Of a stretch of DNA of 64,000 nt, positions 43,479 to 55,600 are shown piece after piece. The notes under the pieces were generated by a model. It ran no database searches and was not told where the DNA came from. It saw nothing but the letters and a program-made list of their open reading frames with translations. The stretch spans positions 49,681 to 113,680 of IMG/VR virus record IMGVR_UViG_3300020159_001521. One strand, 5' to 3'. Position 1 is the first letter of the stretch, and every line of letters begins with the position of its first letter. Origin of the DNA: a virus. Position numbers and translations under genes: made by a program.

Positions 43479-46400
43479 TTAGTAGAAAGCGTTCCAAGCG
43501 GTTCCGTTATATCCGTAGTGTCTATTAAGGTCTGTATCGTAAACTATCAACCCAGCTGCTGGCGTAACAATTGCATTGCGTTGAGTGGTGGTCATACGAG
43601 GAGGTAAGAAACCTTGTGTAGTTGAATCCACTTGAAGCTTAGCTGAAGCAACTGGTGTAGCAACACCCACACCAACACTTGCTGCAAAGTAATTCTTATC
43701 ATCAGCACCTGCTTGGTATATACCCCATCTATTTGTTAATACAACAGTTGTACCGCCCCACTCTTTCAAATCATTAATTCTTACAGCAGCATAATCAGTG
43801 AATGTCACTGTACCTGTCAAGCTTGCTGGGTAAACACCCTGTATAAAGAGTGTAGCACCTTTATCTACGGTTCCACTATTTGCTCCACTTGCTTGCATTT
43901 GAAGCTGCATAACAGACAATGGTCTGTACCCTGTTGTGGCACTGTTGGCCATTGTAACAGTACCAGTGGTGTCAAATTGTATGTTTGCTATATTAGCAGA
44001 GCCTGACCAAAGAGCATCTCCAAAAAGTGTAGTGGCTCCATTAAATCTGAAATAGTTAGCTCCTGTAACTGATGAGTAAACATTACCATCTGCACCACGG
44101 TTTCCTGCAGGAATATTCAAAACCTGTGAACCAAGAACACTTATTGTGTTAGCATTTGTAAAATTGGCTGCAAGTACTGTAGGACTCACTGTAAGCTTAC
44201 CGTTAAGTAAGTTCTGCGCACTACCTATGCCAAGCAATCCATATCCTCCATTATTACTCCATTCTACAGAGCGCCAATTACTTTCACTGACAACATTGTT
44301 TAGTACAGGGTTTATATAGAGACCTCTTGTAATAGCGTTTGCTGTTCCTGTCTGATTGATGTTTGGACTTAGTTCTAACGTATTGTATGCTATTGTTCCA
44401 GATACTGGAGCATATGATGCTGCTATTTGAATTGTTCTAGGCTTTGTAGCATGTGTTGCTCCAAAAAGATTAATTGATGTACCAAGGGAAGAGCATGATG
44501 ATACACTAAATGTTCCGTCTGTTGCATCAGTTTTATATATATATCTCTTAGAAGCACCTTGTACCCTAAACCAAGCACCATCTCCTGCATATACATCTCC
44601 AGAATCTGCAACTTTCAGACCTACGGATGCACTAGAGTTTTGTACAATAAGTGAGTTTGTTGTAGCGTCATTTCCTACACCAGAAATATGAAGTCTACTT
44701 GTTGGGGTTATTGCTATTCCTAAGTTTCCACCTAAGTAGTTATTAGCAGTTCCTGCTCCGTACAACCCCCAGCCTAAGCTATTTGACCACTCTATAGAAC
44801 GCCAATCTACAGCACTTGTTATCGTTGGATTAACATGCACACCTCTAGTAATTCCTGTTGCTGTTCCACCTTGAGCAATAGTTGGCTGAATTGAAAATGC
44901 CGTATACCTTATATCAGTTTGTGTTGGAGTGAATGACGATGCTGTTCTGATTCCAATTGCGTGCACACCAGTAGGAAGACCAGTTGTTGTGTACACTGGT
45001 GATAAATCAATACCAACCAAATCCTCACTATTTGCAAAAGAGCTTAATTGAGATGTTACATGAAATCCTCTTGCTACATTAGAGGCAGCTATGACGGTGT
45101 TGTTAAGGAATAGCTTATTGCCTGGACTAAATGTAAACCCAGCATTCCCTGCTTGCGATGATGCTCCTGTCCAATATGTCACCTGACCAGATACGCCAGT
45201 CCCTGTTATGTTTCCTCCAGGAATTGCTTGTGTAGAAAGAACACCATTTGCATCAGCAACCACCATTCTGCTTCCAGTGCCCTGCAGATTAGATAGAGTG
45301 TTCACTCCTGTAGTCTTAAATGTTCCTAAAATCTCAAAGAGATTTCCAGAGTTTGTAATTCCACCTACAGTGATGTTTCCACCAGAAAGAAAGTACATTC
45401 TAGAACCTGATCCACTTTCATTAATTGCTAAGTCGTTGTTGAACGGACTTATATCCCATGTTTTATTGGCTGAAGATGAGTTTACTATACCTATAGCTGA
45501 GGCAGTGTTTGTAGTACTGACAATCATTCCACCGCTAGTGTTAGCAAGTATTTGGAACGCATGACTGTATGTTCCTGTAGTTGGCGTTGGTATTGCTGTG
45601 TTAGTATTTACAAGAACACTTGTGCCGTTGTCATATACCAAGCTGTTAACTATTGAGCTTGTTCCTGTGGCTTTCGGAACATATCCTGATGTCAAAGCTC
45701 CTGTAATAAAATTTGTAGTGGCGCTTGATATCCTAAATTTAACATTTGTACCATCAAACCATAAGTCACCATTAGCTGGTGATGTTGGAGTAAAGCCAGA
45801 AGTGGCTAAGTTTAATTGAGCCTCTGCAACACTGTTTATACCTATGTTTACATAAGCACTAGTTCCAGAAGATGTACCTGACCTTACCTTTCCAGGTATT
45901 ACAGCATTACCTGTACCAAAATTAACCGTACCGTTGCTTCCAGTACTAAGATTTAATGTAGATGCATTTATCGTAAGAGCAGTGTACGCAGATGTTCCCC
46001 TGTTGTAGCTTATAATTAATCCTGTAGAGCTACCTGTTAAATATCCAAACTCTAAACCAGCGCCTGTTGTTGGTAGTGTTGAGTTGGTTGTTCTCATTGT
46101 ACCTGCAAACTCAGATGGTCCGCTTCCTGCAGATATTGCTCCAGTTATCTTTGCACTTCCTGCTACCTGAAGTCTATTAATACCATCGTCTGTTCTTGTT
46201 CCTAACAACAAGTTACCACCTAACCAAGTTGATACAGTGGATGTGTTTCCTATAAATGTTCTGTTAGAATCAGCAATTGCCTCTCCTATAGAATCAGAAC
46301 CAATGAATATGTTATTTGAGCCAGTAGTGTTAGCAATAGCACCTCCAGCATATCCAGCCCTATATCCTAGTGCGGTGTTGCTCGCCCCACTAGTGTTATC

Positions 46401-48035
46401 AAGTAGTGCACCTGTGCCTATAGCAGTGTTATTTCCAGCAGTAGTGTTGTCTAAAGCTTGAGCACCAAATGCAGCATTGTTACTTCCTGTAGTATTTACA
46501 CGTAGTGCGTCAATTCCAAATGCGGAGTTTGTTGAACCAGTTGTATTACCCCTAGATGCTCTGTAGCCAAATGCTGAATTCTGAAGACCTACTGTGTTTA
46601 ATAATAAAGCAAGGTTTCCTACAGAAGTGTTTTGAGCTCCAGAGGTGTTAGCATTAAGAGATGATGCTCCTAATGCAGTGTTTGTGACTACATTATTAGC
46701 ACCACGACCAACAGATACACCATTGACAGATATTACCTTGGTCGTGTCATTGTATGTAAAATCTGCACTACTTGAAATCGAAGAAGTTCCATTCCAAAAT
46801 GTTACCTGTCCTGCTGTTCCTGAACCAGTTGGAAAACTATGAGTGAAGAACTCATAAGCAGTGTTACTAGCATTCCTTCTTAATAACTGATTTGCTGTAC
46901 CAGCAACTCCTGTGAATGCTGATGTTGCGTTACCAACAAGTATTCCAGTTAATGTTGATGCTCCACTACCTCCACGACCTACAGCTAATTGTCCTGTCCA
47001 TCCTAATGTAAGAGATGTTGCTCTTAGTAATGATGTAGCTGGTGTACCACCCAAGGTGAGTGTTACGTTTGTGTCATCTGTTTTTGTTAATGCTGCACCA
47101 AGTGTTAGGTTATATGCAGTGTCCCAATTTGTTTGTAATAAGTTTGTTGGAAGAGAATAACCTGGTGCAAATGTTATTGCTATGTTTCCAGAAGATGTTA
47201 CAGCTGAACCTACAGCAAATCCTGTTGGTACAGTTGCATTTACGCTTGTAACAGTTCCTACAGACCAACTTCTGCTAGCACTCAAGTCGAACGAAGTGCC
47301 ATTTATACTCAATGTAGTGGTTGTAGGTACACCGCCTAATCCAGATAGTGTATAGTTTGGTATATTTAAAACTCCTCCAATATACGTTGCTACACCAGAA
47401 CCTCCTGTAGTAGTCAGGCTTATAGCGGCTCTAGATCTAGCGTCTGTATAGTATAGATTAGTTCCTTCTGTTATGTTTGTTGTAGTGAGGTTAACTGCAC
47501 CTGTAAGACCATTGACGGATGTTACTGAGTCAGTGTTGTCCACCTTCTGCCAAACAGTGCCATCAAATATAATCCAATCACCTACGTCCCATGAAGCTGT
47601 ACCATTAATGTTAGTAGTACCAGCTGTGCTCACTATGTAATAATCACCACCAGTACCAACACTACTTACAATAGTGGGGGTGTTAGTGGCAGCATTCCAT
47701 GTTCCTTTATAAGTTGATCCTCCAGCTAGACCATTTATCTGTCCTTGTATCTTACCCATTGCTGTGAGTATAGAATCGGCAGATGTGATAGCTCCAGAAG
47801 TTACAGAAAGTCCTGAAAGTGTTTTACTTATTACGGATAAATTTGACAAAGTTACATTCAGTAATCCACTACCAGTTGTGGTAACTTCTCCTGTTAGCCC
47901 AGTTACAGTTCCTGTTGTAGGAGTTGTCCATGCAAGTGTTGTTCCATTTGAACTTAACACTTGACCAGCTGTTGCTGCCACTGGAACACTTGCTGTTATT
48001 ATATTACCATCTACTAATCCTATGCTGTTTGCCAT
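43479..48035 (-). CDS. long tail-fibre-like protein (1518 aa)
   Basis: G/T/S-rich; YKGTWNA module; NTA.G..AL repeats; C-terminal DSTTQGFLPPRMT...GLIVY module. Confidence 0.8.
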   Translation of the reverse strand: MANSIGLVDGNIITASVPVAATAGQVLSSNGTTLAWTTPTTGTVTGLTGEVTTTGSGLLNVTLSNLSVISKTLSGLSVTSGAITSADSILTAMGKIQGQINGLAGGSTYKGTWNAATNTPTIVSSVGTGGDYYIVSTAGTTNINGTASWDVGDWIIFDGTVWQKVDNTDSVTSVNGLTGAVNLTTTNITEGTNLYYTDARSRAAISLTTTGGSGVATYIGGVLNIPNYTLSGLGGVPTTTTLSINGTSFDLSASRSWSVGTVTSVNATVPTGFAVGSAVTSSGNIAITFAPGYSLPTNLLQTNWDTAYNLTLGAALTKTDDTNVTLTLGGTPATSLLRATSLTLGWTGQLAVGRGGSGASTLTGILVGNATSAFTGVAGTANQLLRRNASNTAYEFFTHSFPTGSGTAGQVTFWNGTSSISSSADFTYNDTTKVISVNGVSVGRGANNVVTNTALGASSLNANTSGAQNTSVGNLALLLNTVGLQNSAFGYRASRGNTTGSTNSAFGIDALRVNTTGSNNAAFGAQALDNTTAGNNTAIGTGALLDNTSGASNTALGYRAGYAGGAIANTTGSNNIFIGSDSIGEAIADSNRTFIGNTSTVSTWLGGNLLLGTRTDDGINRLQVAGSAKITGAISAGSGPSEFAGTMRTTNSTLPTTGAGLEFGYLTGSSTGLIISYNRGTSAYTALTINASTLNLSTGSNGTVNFGTGNAVIPGKVRSGTSSGTSAYVNIGINSVAEAQLNLATSGFTPTSPANGDLWFDGTNVKFRISSATTNFITGALTSGYVPKATGTSSIVNSLVYDNGTSVLVNTNTAIPTPTTGTYSHAFQILANTSGGMIVSTTNTASAIGIVNSSSANKTWDISPFNNDLAINESGSGSRMYFLSGGNITVGGITNSGNLFEILGTFKTTGVNTLSNLQGTGSRMVVADANGVLSTQAIPGGNITGTGVSGQVTYWTGASSQAGNAGFTFSPGNKLFLNNTVIAASNVARGFHVTSQLSSFANSEDLVGIDLSPVYTTTGLPTGVHAIGIRTASSFTPTQTDIRYTAFSIQPTIAQGGTATGITRGVHVNPTITSAVDWRSIEWSNSLGWGLYGAGTANNYLGGNLGIAITPTSRLHISGVGNDATTNSLIVQNSSASVGLKVADSGDVYAGDGAWFRVQGASKRYIYKTDATDGTFSVSSCSSLGTSINLFGATHATKPRTIQIAASYAPVSGTIAYNTLELSPNINQTGTANAITRGLYINPVLNNVVSESNWRSVEWSNNGGYGLLGIGSAQNLLNGKLTVSPTVLAANFTNANTISVLGSQVLNIPAGNRGADGNVYSSVTGANYFRFNGATTLFGDALWSGSANIANIQFDTTGTVTMANSATTGYRPLSVMQLQMQASGANSGTVDKGATLFIQGVYPASLTGTVTFTDYAAVRINDLKEWGGTTVVLTNRWGIYQAGADDKNYFAASVGVGVATPVASAKLQVDSTTQGFLPPRMTTTQRNAIVTPAAGLIVYDTDLNRHYGYNGTAWNAFY

Positions 48036-48038
48036 GTT

Positions 48039-49478
48039 TTATATTATTGTTATTGCTCTCCAGGAAGCACCGTCATATAAATATAATCCTTTTGTTCCAT
48101 CAGTTTGATATACAATAAGACCTTCAGCTGGTGTTGATATTAAGTTCTTTTGGGCAAGAGTCATTCTTGGGGGAAGAAAACCTTGTGTTGTAGAATCTAT
48201 TTGCACCTTTGCTGACAAATTTGGTGTAGCTGTTCCTATTGTAACAACTCCATTGAAATAAATAGGCGCTGTTCCAGCCATAAACATATTCCAAACTCCT
48301 ACTGCTGATGCAAGATTTCCATAAAAACCGTAATTATTTGTAGCACTAGTGAGTGTAGATGTTACAAAAAATCCTGCTTGAAATGCAAGTGATGCTCCTG
48401 CTCCAAGAGCTGATTGTTCTGCTCTAAAGTGATGATATGCATTTGCTGCAACACCTGCACCAATGTTTGCTGCATTAGAGAATCCAATAGCAAGTGTTGA
48501 AGCATCACTTTGAACTGCACCTGATTGATACACTCCAGCTGATATAGCTGCTCCTGTTATGTTTCTTGCAGCTCTAATTCCATATCCTGTTAGAGAGTTT
48601 GTTCCAACACCAAGACTACCTCCAGTAATATCCCAGAATAAACTATTATTACCTGTTATTGAATTTGCACTGTTCCAATATGCCACTTGACCTATTGAAG
48701 CTGTCCCTGTAACAGGATTAGTTAATGCAGACTGATATTGAGGAATGTTTAATACACTACCAATAAGTGTAGAAACACCACTTGTTCCTGTTGTTGTTAA
48801 GGATAGAGCGTTCTGTTTATTATTGAATATATTCCAATCTGTTAAACTTAGATAACCATCTGTAGAGATTGTTGCTTGTGTTATACCTATTGTACCAGTG
48901 GCAGTGATTGGACCTCCTGTTATAGGAGCTGTTGTATTTATATTTGTTACACCACTTGCAGGGATTGGTTGTGTGAGTAATGTACCACTAGAATTTGATA
49001 TCACCATCCTATCCCCAACACCACTCAAACTGTTAACCTCTAATGTACTTGATATACGTACTGTTCCAACAACATCAAGTTTATATGAAGGAGTGACTGT
49101 TCCCAATCCTAATCTATTGGTGCTATTATTCCAAAATAATTGAGAATTGTTCTGACTTATTGTTCCTCCTGAACCTGCAAAGAAAATAGACCCTTGTGTA
49201 ATTGTGCTTATTGCAGGGGCTGCTGTAAATGTTGTGACAGGTTGTATTGCTAATGTAAATCCTCCAGAAGTTATTGTTCTATTTCCTGTTAATGTTCCAT
49301 CTGAGTTATAAATATTCACTACGGTTGTTACACCAAGTGCAGCATCAATCTTTTGAAGCGCCACTTGAAGACTATCGTTAGTGTTTATACCTGTATAAAT
49401 AAGACTCTCTCCTTCGTAGAACACGCAGGAGGAGTTTAATATTACAGGGCAGACGGGTGCTGAACAAGTTACGTTCAT
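48039..49478 (-). CDS. fibre/decoration protein
   Basis: Cys-rich N-terminus, RLGLGT repeats; C-terminal DSTTQGFLPPRMT module shared with the downstream gene. Confidence 0.75.
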   Translation of the reverse strand: MNVTCSAPVCPVILNSSCVFYEGESLIYTGINTNDSLQVALQKIDAALGVTTVVNIYNSDGTLTGNRTITSGGFTLAIQPVTTFTAAPAISTITQGSIFFAGSGGTISQNNSQLFWNNSTNRLGLGTVTPSYKLDVVGTVRISSTLEVNSLSGVGDRMVISNSSGTLLTQPIPASGVTNINTTAPITGGPITATGTIGITQATISTDGYLSLTDWNIFNNKQNALSLTTTGTSGVSTLIGSVLNIPQYQSALTNPVTGTASIGQVAYWNSANSITGNNSLFWDITGGSLGVGTNSLTGYGIRAARNITGAAISAGVYQSGAVQSDASTLAIGFSNAANIGAGVAANAYHHFRAEQSALGAGASLAFQAGFFVTSTLTSATNNYGFYGNLASAVGVWNMFMAGTAPIYFNGVVTIGTATPNLSAKVQIDSTTQGFLPPRMTLAQKNLISTPAEGLIVYQTDGTKGLYLYDGASWRAITII

Positions 49479-49523
49479 GACTTATTATAAAAAAGGATTA
49501 TACGTATAGAATTGAAATGGAAC

Positions 49524-49531
49524 CAAATGTA
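49524..49531 (-). promoter_or_regulatory. -7 promoter element TACATTTG
   Basis: CAAATGTA on the + strand in the gap upstream of the fibre/lysis operon. Confidence 0.55.
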
Positions 49532-49626
49532 CAAAATGTGCAAATTTTGTAGACTATATCTACAAAAATAGTCATTCTGTATAATTTACAATGAGTTACG
49601 AAAAACTCGTTGACATAATATAGCTA

Positions 49627-52600
49627 TCACCTACCGCTTTCTTTCTGTATAGTTACATCAAACTCTCTAGCAAAATCTTCATTGAATATAGCAAGATAGG
49701 TTACCAAAGATTTAGTTACAGGAGCCACCTTCATCAGATTCTTAATTGGCTGAGCTTTTTTTCTAACATCCTCTATAGATGTTTGGGGATCTAGATCCAT
49801 GCCTGTAGTTTCCATGGCAAAGTGTTTAGTGAACCTACCAATGTCCTCAGTAAGACCTAGTGCTGGAAATATTCCACCACTTAAGGTTCCAGATATGCCA
49901 CTTGGGGTGTAGAAGAATAGAAGTTCATCAGCAAACTTACCAAACACCTTTTGAGAATATCTGTGAAAGTTTTTAGTTGCTTTATCCTCATCATCATCAG
50001 GAGCAACAAATCCTAGAGAAAGCAACACACCCATAAGAGAAACCAGTATAGCAAGTTCCTTCACCTGATTCCTAAGATTGGTTCTAATGAGATCAATGAA
50101 ATCTTCTCTGGACATATTTAACTTTTCTCCAGTTTCAAGTTCATATTTTTCTCTAAACTCTTCAAACATCTGATCAAGTCTTTCCAAACCAGCATCATTT
50201 AGATAAAGTATATTTTTTAGATTGGCTGCACCTGTAATTATACCATCACCTAACACATGGGTTAGAAGCCTAATTCTACCAATATCATATTTCTGACCTT
50301 CAATAGATCCATCGTCTGTAACTCTTACAGAGAAATCATCTACCACTTTTCTAAACTCTCCAAATCTTGTATCAATAAGTTTAGGAATCCAGTTTTTGAA
50401 CACCATCATGGACTTTGTCCATACAGACATTGACATTCTATTGATATTCTCTTTAGTCATTGAACCTGTAGCATTTGCTGCCATACGTCTGGACAGGTTT
50501 GTAAGACGTTGAAGTTCTTCTATATTATTTAAATCAAGTCCAGGTATTTCAAGTTTTCCATCAACAAGTTTCTTTGTCTTATCTATAGATTTTGTTTTTT
50601 TGAGCTCCTCTATTTCATTTTCAATATCATCTTTTACAGCATTATAACTTGCCGCTGAGTCATATCTGCTTTTATACTTATTCCTCACATACTCTCTGAT
50701 ATTTACAATCTGACCATTTACTACCATGGAGTTTTGCAACAAGGTTAGGAATACAGACTTTTCAATCAGTATTTCAGGCTGTCTCATAAAGAACATCAAT
50801 GTATCACTTAGATTTCCCTGAGTGAGTTTTGACATACCTGCTTGTTTGTACATTTCATAAGAAGGATCATCTTTTAGAGGCATGAAGGTGTTTATAAGTT
50901 GTACAAACATTTCTTTGTCCTCATTATTATCAAATCTCTGAAATGTAAGTTTTGCCTCATTTTTGGCAAACTCCCTAGCTTTAAAATAGTTTCCTGCTTG
51001 GGTACTTAACTGAATGTTACCACCAAACATATTTACAGCTCCAGATATAAACTCAAATCCCAAGGTTTTTAGTTGGAACGCCCTATTAGCAGCATCTATT
51101 GTTTTAATCAGTGAACTTGGTTTAGGATCTTCATCTTTTTTCCAAATCTCTTTACCAGCCACTTTGTTAACACCATCTTTAACAAAGTTTAACACCTTTC
51201 CAATATTAAATGGTAAATCAGAATCATCAATTACATATTTCTGATCATACAACATTACTCTCAAGAAGTCATCATATATTTTTGTATTACGTTCATTACC
51301 CTCAATTTCTTTAGGTTTTCCATTTTCATAAACAACATTACCAATTCTGTCAGTATTGAGATGGCTCTTGAATTCTTCAATTGTTTTAACAAGTTTAAGT
51401 TGACCCTCAACATCTGTTAAGTATTTATACTTATTAACTTGTTGAATATACAATATAAGATTTTTAAACAAATCTTCACTTACATCAGAATAATCATTCA
51501 CTCCATCCTTAAATGTAAAGTCTTTTGTGTAGTATTTAGGGATACTGTTCTCAAGGGCACCAGTAACTTCATTAAATTCCCCATATCCTGTATCATCAGG
51601 ATTGAGTTGTATACTCTTATAAAAATTGTCCATAACAGACAATCTATTATCCCAAACTAGCTCTTCAGCCATAGACTTCCTTACAAAAGGAAGGAATATC
51701 TTTGACATCTGATTACTTATGTATCCAGTATCTTCAGCCTTATTGTTAAACTTTACAATAAAGTTATAAAGCTCCATCAGTTCAGGATCTTTCTGAAGAT
51801 TTTTATATTCTTCAGAATACCATTTTGCAAGAGGGTGTCTTTTTATGATATGGTTTTTCCATCCATCAAAGTCAATCCTATCTATATCCCACTTACGTTT
51901 AGCCTCTTCTATAAGCCTTTCTCTTGTAGCCTTTTCTTCTTCTGGTGTACCTGCATACCTATTTCCTTGTATCTTCTTTATTTGATCCTTCAGCTTTTCT
52001 TCAGCCTCTTTCTTATATGCTTCAACATCAATATTTTGTAAAATCCAGTTTTTATCTCCACCATCTTCAGCTTTTTCATCCACTTCACTAAAGAATTCTC
52101 TTTTGTATTTATATATCAGTTTGTTTACAATCTTACCCTTGTCATCTTTCTGATACACTTGTTGAACAAGTTTTCTAAGATCTCCTCCTCTTTTAGCAAG
52201 CTTCTCTCTAATAGACATAAGTTGACCTACTTCACTTAATGCATTCTTGGCAGCTAAACTTTGAGCATTATTTACAAGTTTTGTAAGAATCTCTACAGAT
52301 CTAAGTGATATATCTGCAGCACCTCTAAACATAGAGGCCAATCCTTTTAATACCTTTTCTGGTTTAAGAAGTCCGAAGGTTAAGTTTCTTTCACCAATAT
52401 GCTTGTCAGCAAATGCCATGGAGGCTTTATTGATTGCCTCTCTAGAATCATAAATAGCATCAGATTCTTCTCTTAGTTTTCTTAAAACTTCCTTTCTTTG
52501 AGCAACATTAGCTTTTTCTTCCTCTGTAGTGGCTTCAGCTTCCATTTGAGGAGTGTATACAAGCGTTCCTATTTTTCTACCAATGTTTACAAATATGTCA

Positions 52601-55600
52601 GAAAGCTTGATATAGTTATTCATGTCATCTGCAAAATCAGATAATTCATCATTCTTAGAATCACTAGATCTAGCAGATCTGTTCTTGTATATTGTATTAT
52701 AATCCTCAAGAATCCTATCGCCCTCTTTTCTCATCACCTCAATCACATCAATAAGAGGAGCAATGTTCATTGTTGTTTGGGCCAAACGAATTGCTTTTCT
52801 AAGTGTGTTCAAACGCTCTATCTTAAACTCACGCTCTTCTTCATCCCCTACCTCCTCTTTACCAATCTGAGCAAGAAGACCGTTCATCTTTCTAAGAATC
52901 TCATCCAATGCTTCAAATCCTGTGGATTCTGTTTCTTCAGATATAGGAACTAGTCTCAGGTCTTCAATCTTGCTAACATCCACTGAACCAATAGCTATAC
53001 CTCCAAGGTATGAGCCAGACTTAGGATCTCTGGGATTTTTGAGTTTAAACTCCATAGCTATTGGAATAGCTCTTGTCATTCCAAACTCTTTAATGCCATA
53101 GTTCTCACGAAGCATCTTCTTGTATGTACCAAGCTGAATGTTAAATGCTCCCTGCTTGAACCACGCAACATCATCTCCCTTAATATGCATAAACTTCCAG
53201 TCAAGGATGTGTGCTTTACCTGAAGGTTCAATAGCAAGAAAGTCTATAGTACCAGCTTCTTTATTTTTCTTGTCATAAACAATCACCTCGGAAAGAACAA
53301 TTGTTTTTGGATCAAGTGTATCTAGAAGATCTGTAAAATACTTTTCAAGCTTGTCATACATTTCCTCAGACAGATTACTGAACTTAGTAGGTCTTGGTTC
53401 TGGAGAAGTTCTTCTTGTTCCATCCTTATGGAAATATCTAGCATGTATATTTTCTAAATCTTTATGTCCTTGTATACCAAGATCTCTCTTTAGCTCATTA
53501 AACTTCTTCTCTTCAGGAGTGAATTGTTTGTCACCAAACTTACGCTTATACCAAGCCTTCACCCTATCTGTAACCCTCTTCTCAATTGTTTCAAAGGTAC
53601 CATCTGGTTTCTTTCTTCTGTAATAGTTACGTGCTTCTTCTGAATCAAGTAATACAGGTTCTACCTTAGTCTCATCTTCCACCACCTTTTCAATTTCATC
53701 CTGTGTAGCAAAAATCTTTTCTTGTATAGTTTTTTGATTATCAGAGAGTTGAAACATTAAACCACCTTCTGTTATGTCAGCAACTGTACCAATCTCACCA
53801 GCAACAATCTGAGCAGCAGCTTCTTCAAACAGGGAGATGTTAGATTTTCTATATATTCCTCTAATCCAATCAAGGATGGTATTCCACCAGCTTCTTATAA
53901 GAGATTGATTAATCTCCTCTCTCAGTTCTGGGTATTGTTCAATGTTCTCATTATCATTAATAATCACCTCAGCAATAAGCTTATCAACGGCTTCCATCTT
54001 AATCTTACGAATGTCTGGCTTACCATTAGGAAGTTGATAGTTCTTATTGTTCTTATACTTATCAAGTGTTTCTTTATAGATTTTAAACCTATCAATCTTG
54101 CTTATCATTTCTGTGACAAGCTTAGGATTGGTTTGCTGTAAGATTGATCTAGCTATGTGAACCAGCTCCTCTGTAAGAGCCACTCCCTCTTTTCCTTCAG
54201 CTAGAGCAATCACACCTCTGGTAAGATCTGCCAAACCATTAACACCCTTAGTGTCCATATCTGGATTACCTTTGGCATAGTCTGCAAGTTCCTGAATATC
54301 AACACCCATTTTCCTAGCAGCCTCTTTCACCTTGTTCAAGGTTTCTGTAGAAGCTTTAGACATAGGCATTTCTTCTTTCTGAAGAAGAACAGATTGCTGT
54401 TCTCTTTCAGAAACTATCTCCACCTCATTCCACGTATTACCATATTCATCTGTAACCTGCTTAGGAGCATATCCCTGCTTCTTAAGAACATTGGCTACAG
54501 TTGTTTCATAGAAGTTGTAGATGGGTTTAAGAGCACCAAACCCTTCTGTCTCAACTCTTTCAAGTTCTTGTTCTAAAGCTTTCTTTTCAATTAAGTTATT
54601 TTGGTAAATATTTAATTCATCTTCTGTAAGATTTATTTTAATTTCATAAGTAGGATTACCTTTATCATCTATCCATTTTTGAGCTTCCTCTTTTGTTTTA
54701 AATTCTGTAGAGATATAAGTTCCTGTTTTTGTGTTTTCTATCCTAACAGTATATCTTAAATCTCTAATATCATATAATTCTCTTTGTTCTATTTTAAAGT
54801 TTTCTTTAACTTCACCTTTGGTAAGTTGTTCATTTATTTGTTTTAATCTAGCTTCTTTCTGTTTCTTAAACTCTTCTAATGTTGAATGACCTTCTATCTT
54901 ACTGGCTGTATTACCAGAAGGGAATAACACTTTCTCATATCCTTTCTTAGCAGAGTCTTGTATAATAGATTTAACAAAGAATGTCACCCAGTTAGATCCT
55001 TGGTTTAATAGTTGAAGAAATTGATTTTCTTTTGATGTAGGATTTAACCAAACATCAGCTTCTTCTTGTGTTTTAAATCCAGACTCTATAATACCTACTT
55101 GTGTATTTACAACTGCCCATGTACCATCTGATTGTTTTTCTATCTTATCAGTACTATTGTCTGGTTTTTTAGAAATTAAATCTTTTCTATCTCTGCCTTT
55201 CTGAAATAAATCAGATTGTACTTCTAGTATTCTACGAGTTTTAGGTTCTTCTTTTAATACTGCATCTTCAATTCCCCATTCTGAAGGGGCTTCTTTATTC
55301 TCAGCAAAACCTTCTACTATTGGAGCCTTATCATCACTTCTAAACCAACCAATACCTTTATCTGTAGCAAACTGAGCATGACCTTTAATAGATGGGGTGA
55401 TAGCTGGTGTAGCTATTTCATTCTCTGTATAATTAGTTCCTCCTGGAACTGTTAAATTAGCATAGTATTGAGATGGTTTTTCAACATAAACTTCTCCTTT
55501 TGATTCTAAATAATTTTTTACAAAATCTTCAAATTCTTTTGTACCATATTTTAAACCAGCAGCTCTAGCTTCACCAATAGCTTTCCCTTGATTTTTACCA

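Noticed and set aside
33487-49478. Diversity-generating retroelement or invertible (shufflon) fibre cassettes
   Set aside because: No reverse transcriptase or recombinase was recognised in the window, and no near-identical template/variable repeat pair or flanking inverted sites were seen by eye.
49479-49626. Intergenic gap as a tRNA or structured ncRNA
   Set aside because: AT-rich with no cloverleaf or strong stems; adequately explained as a promoter region.
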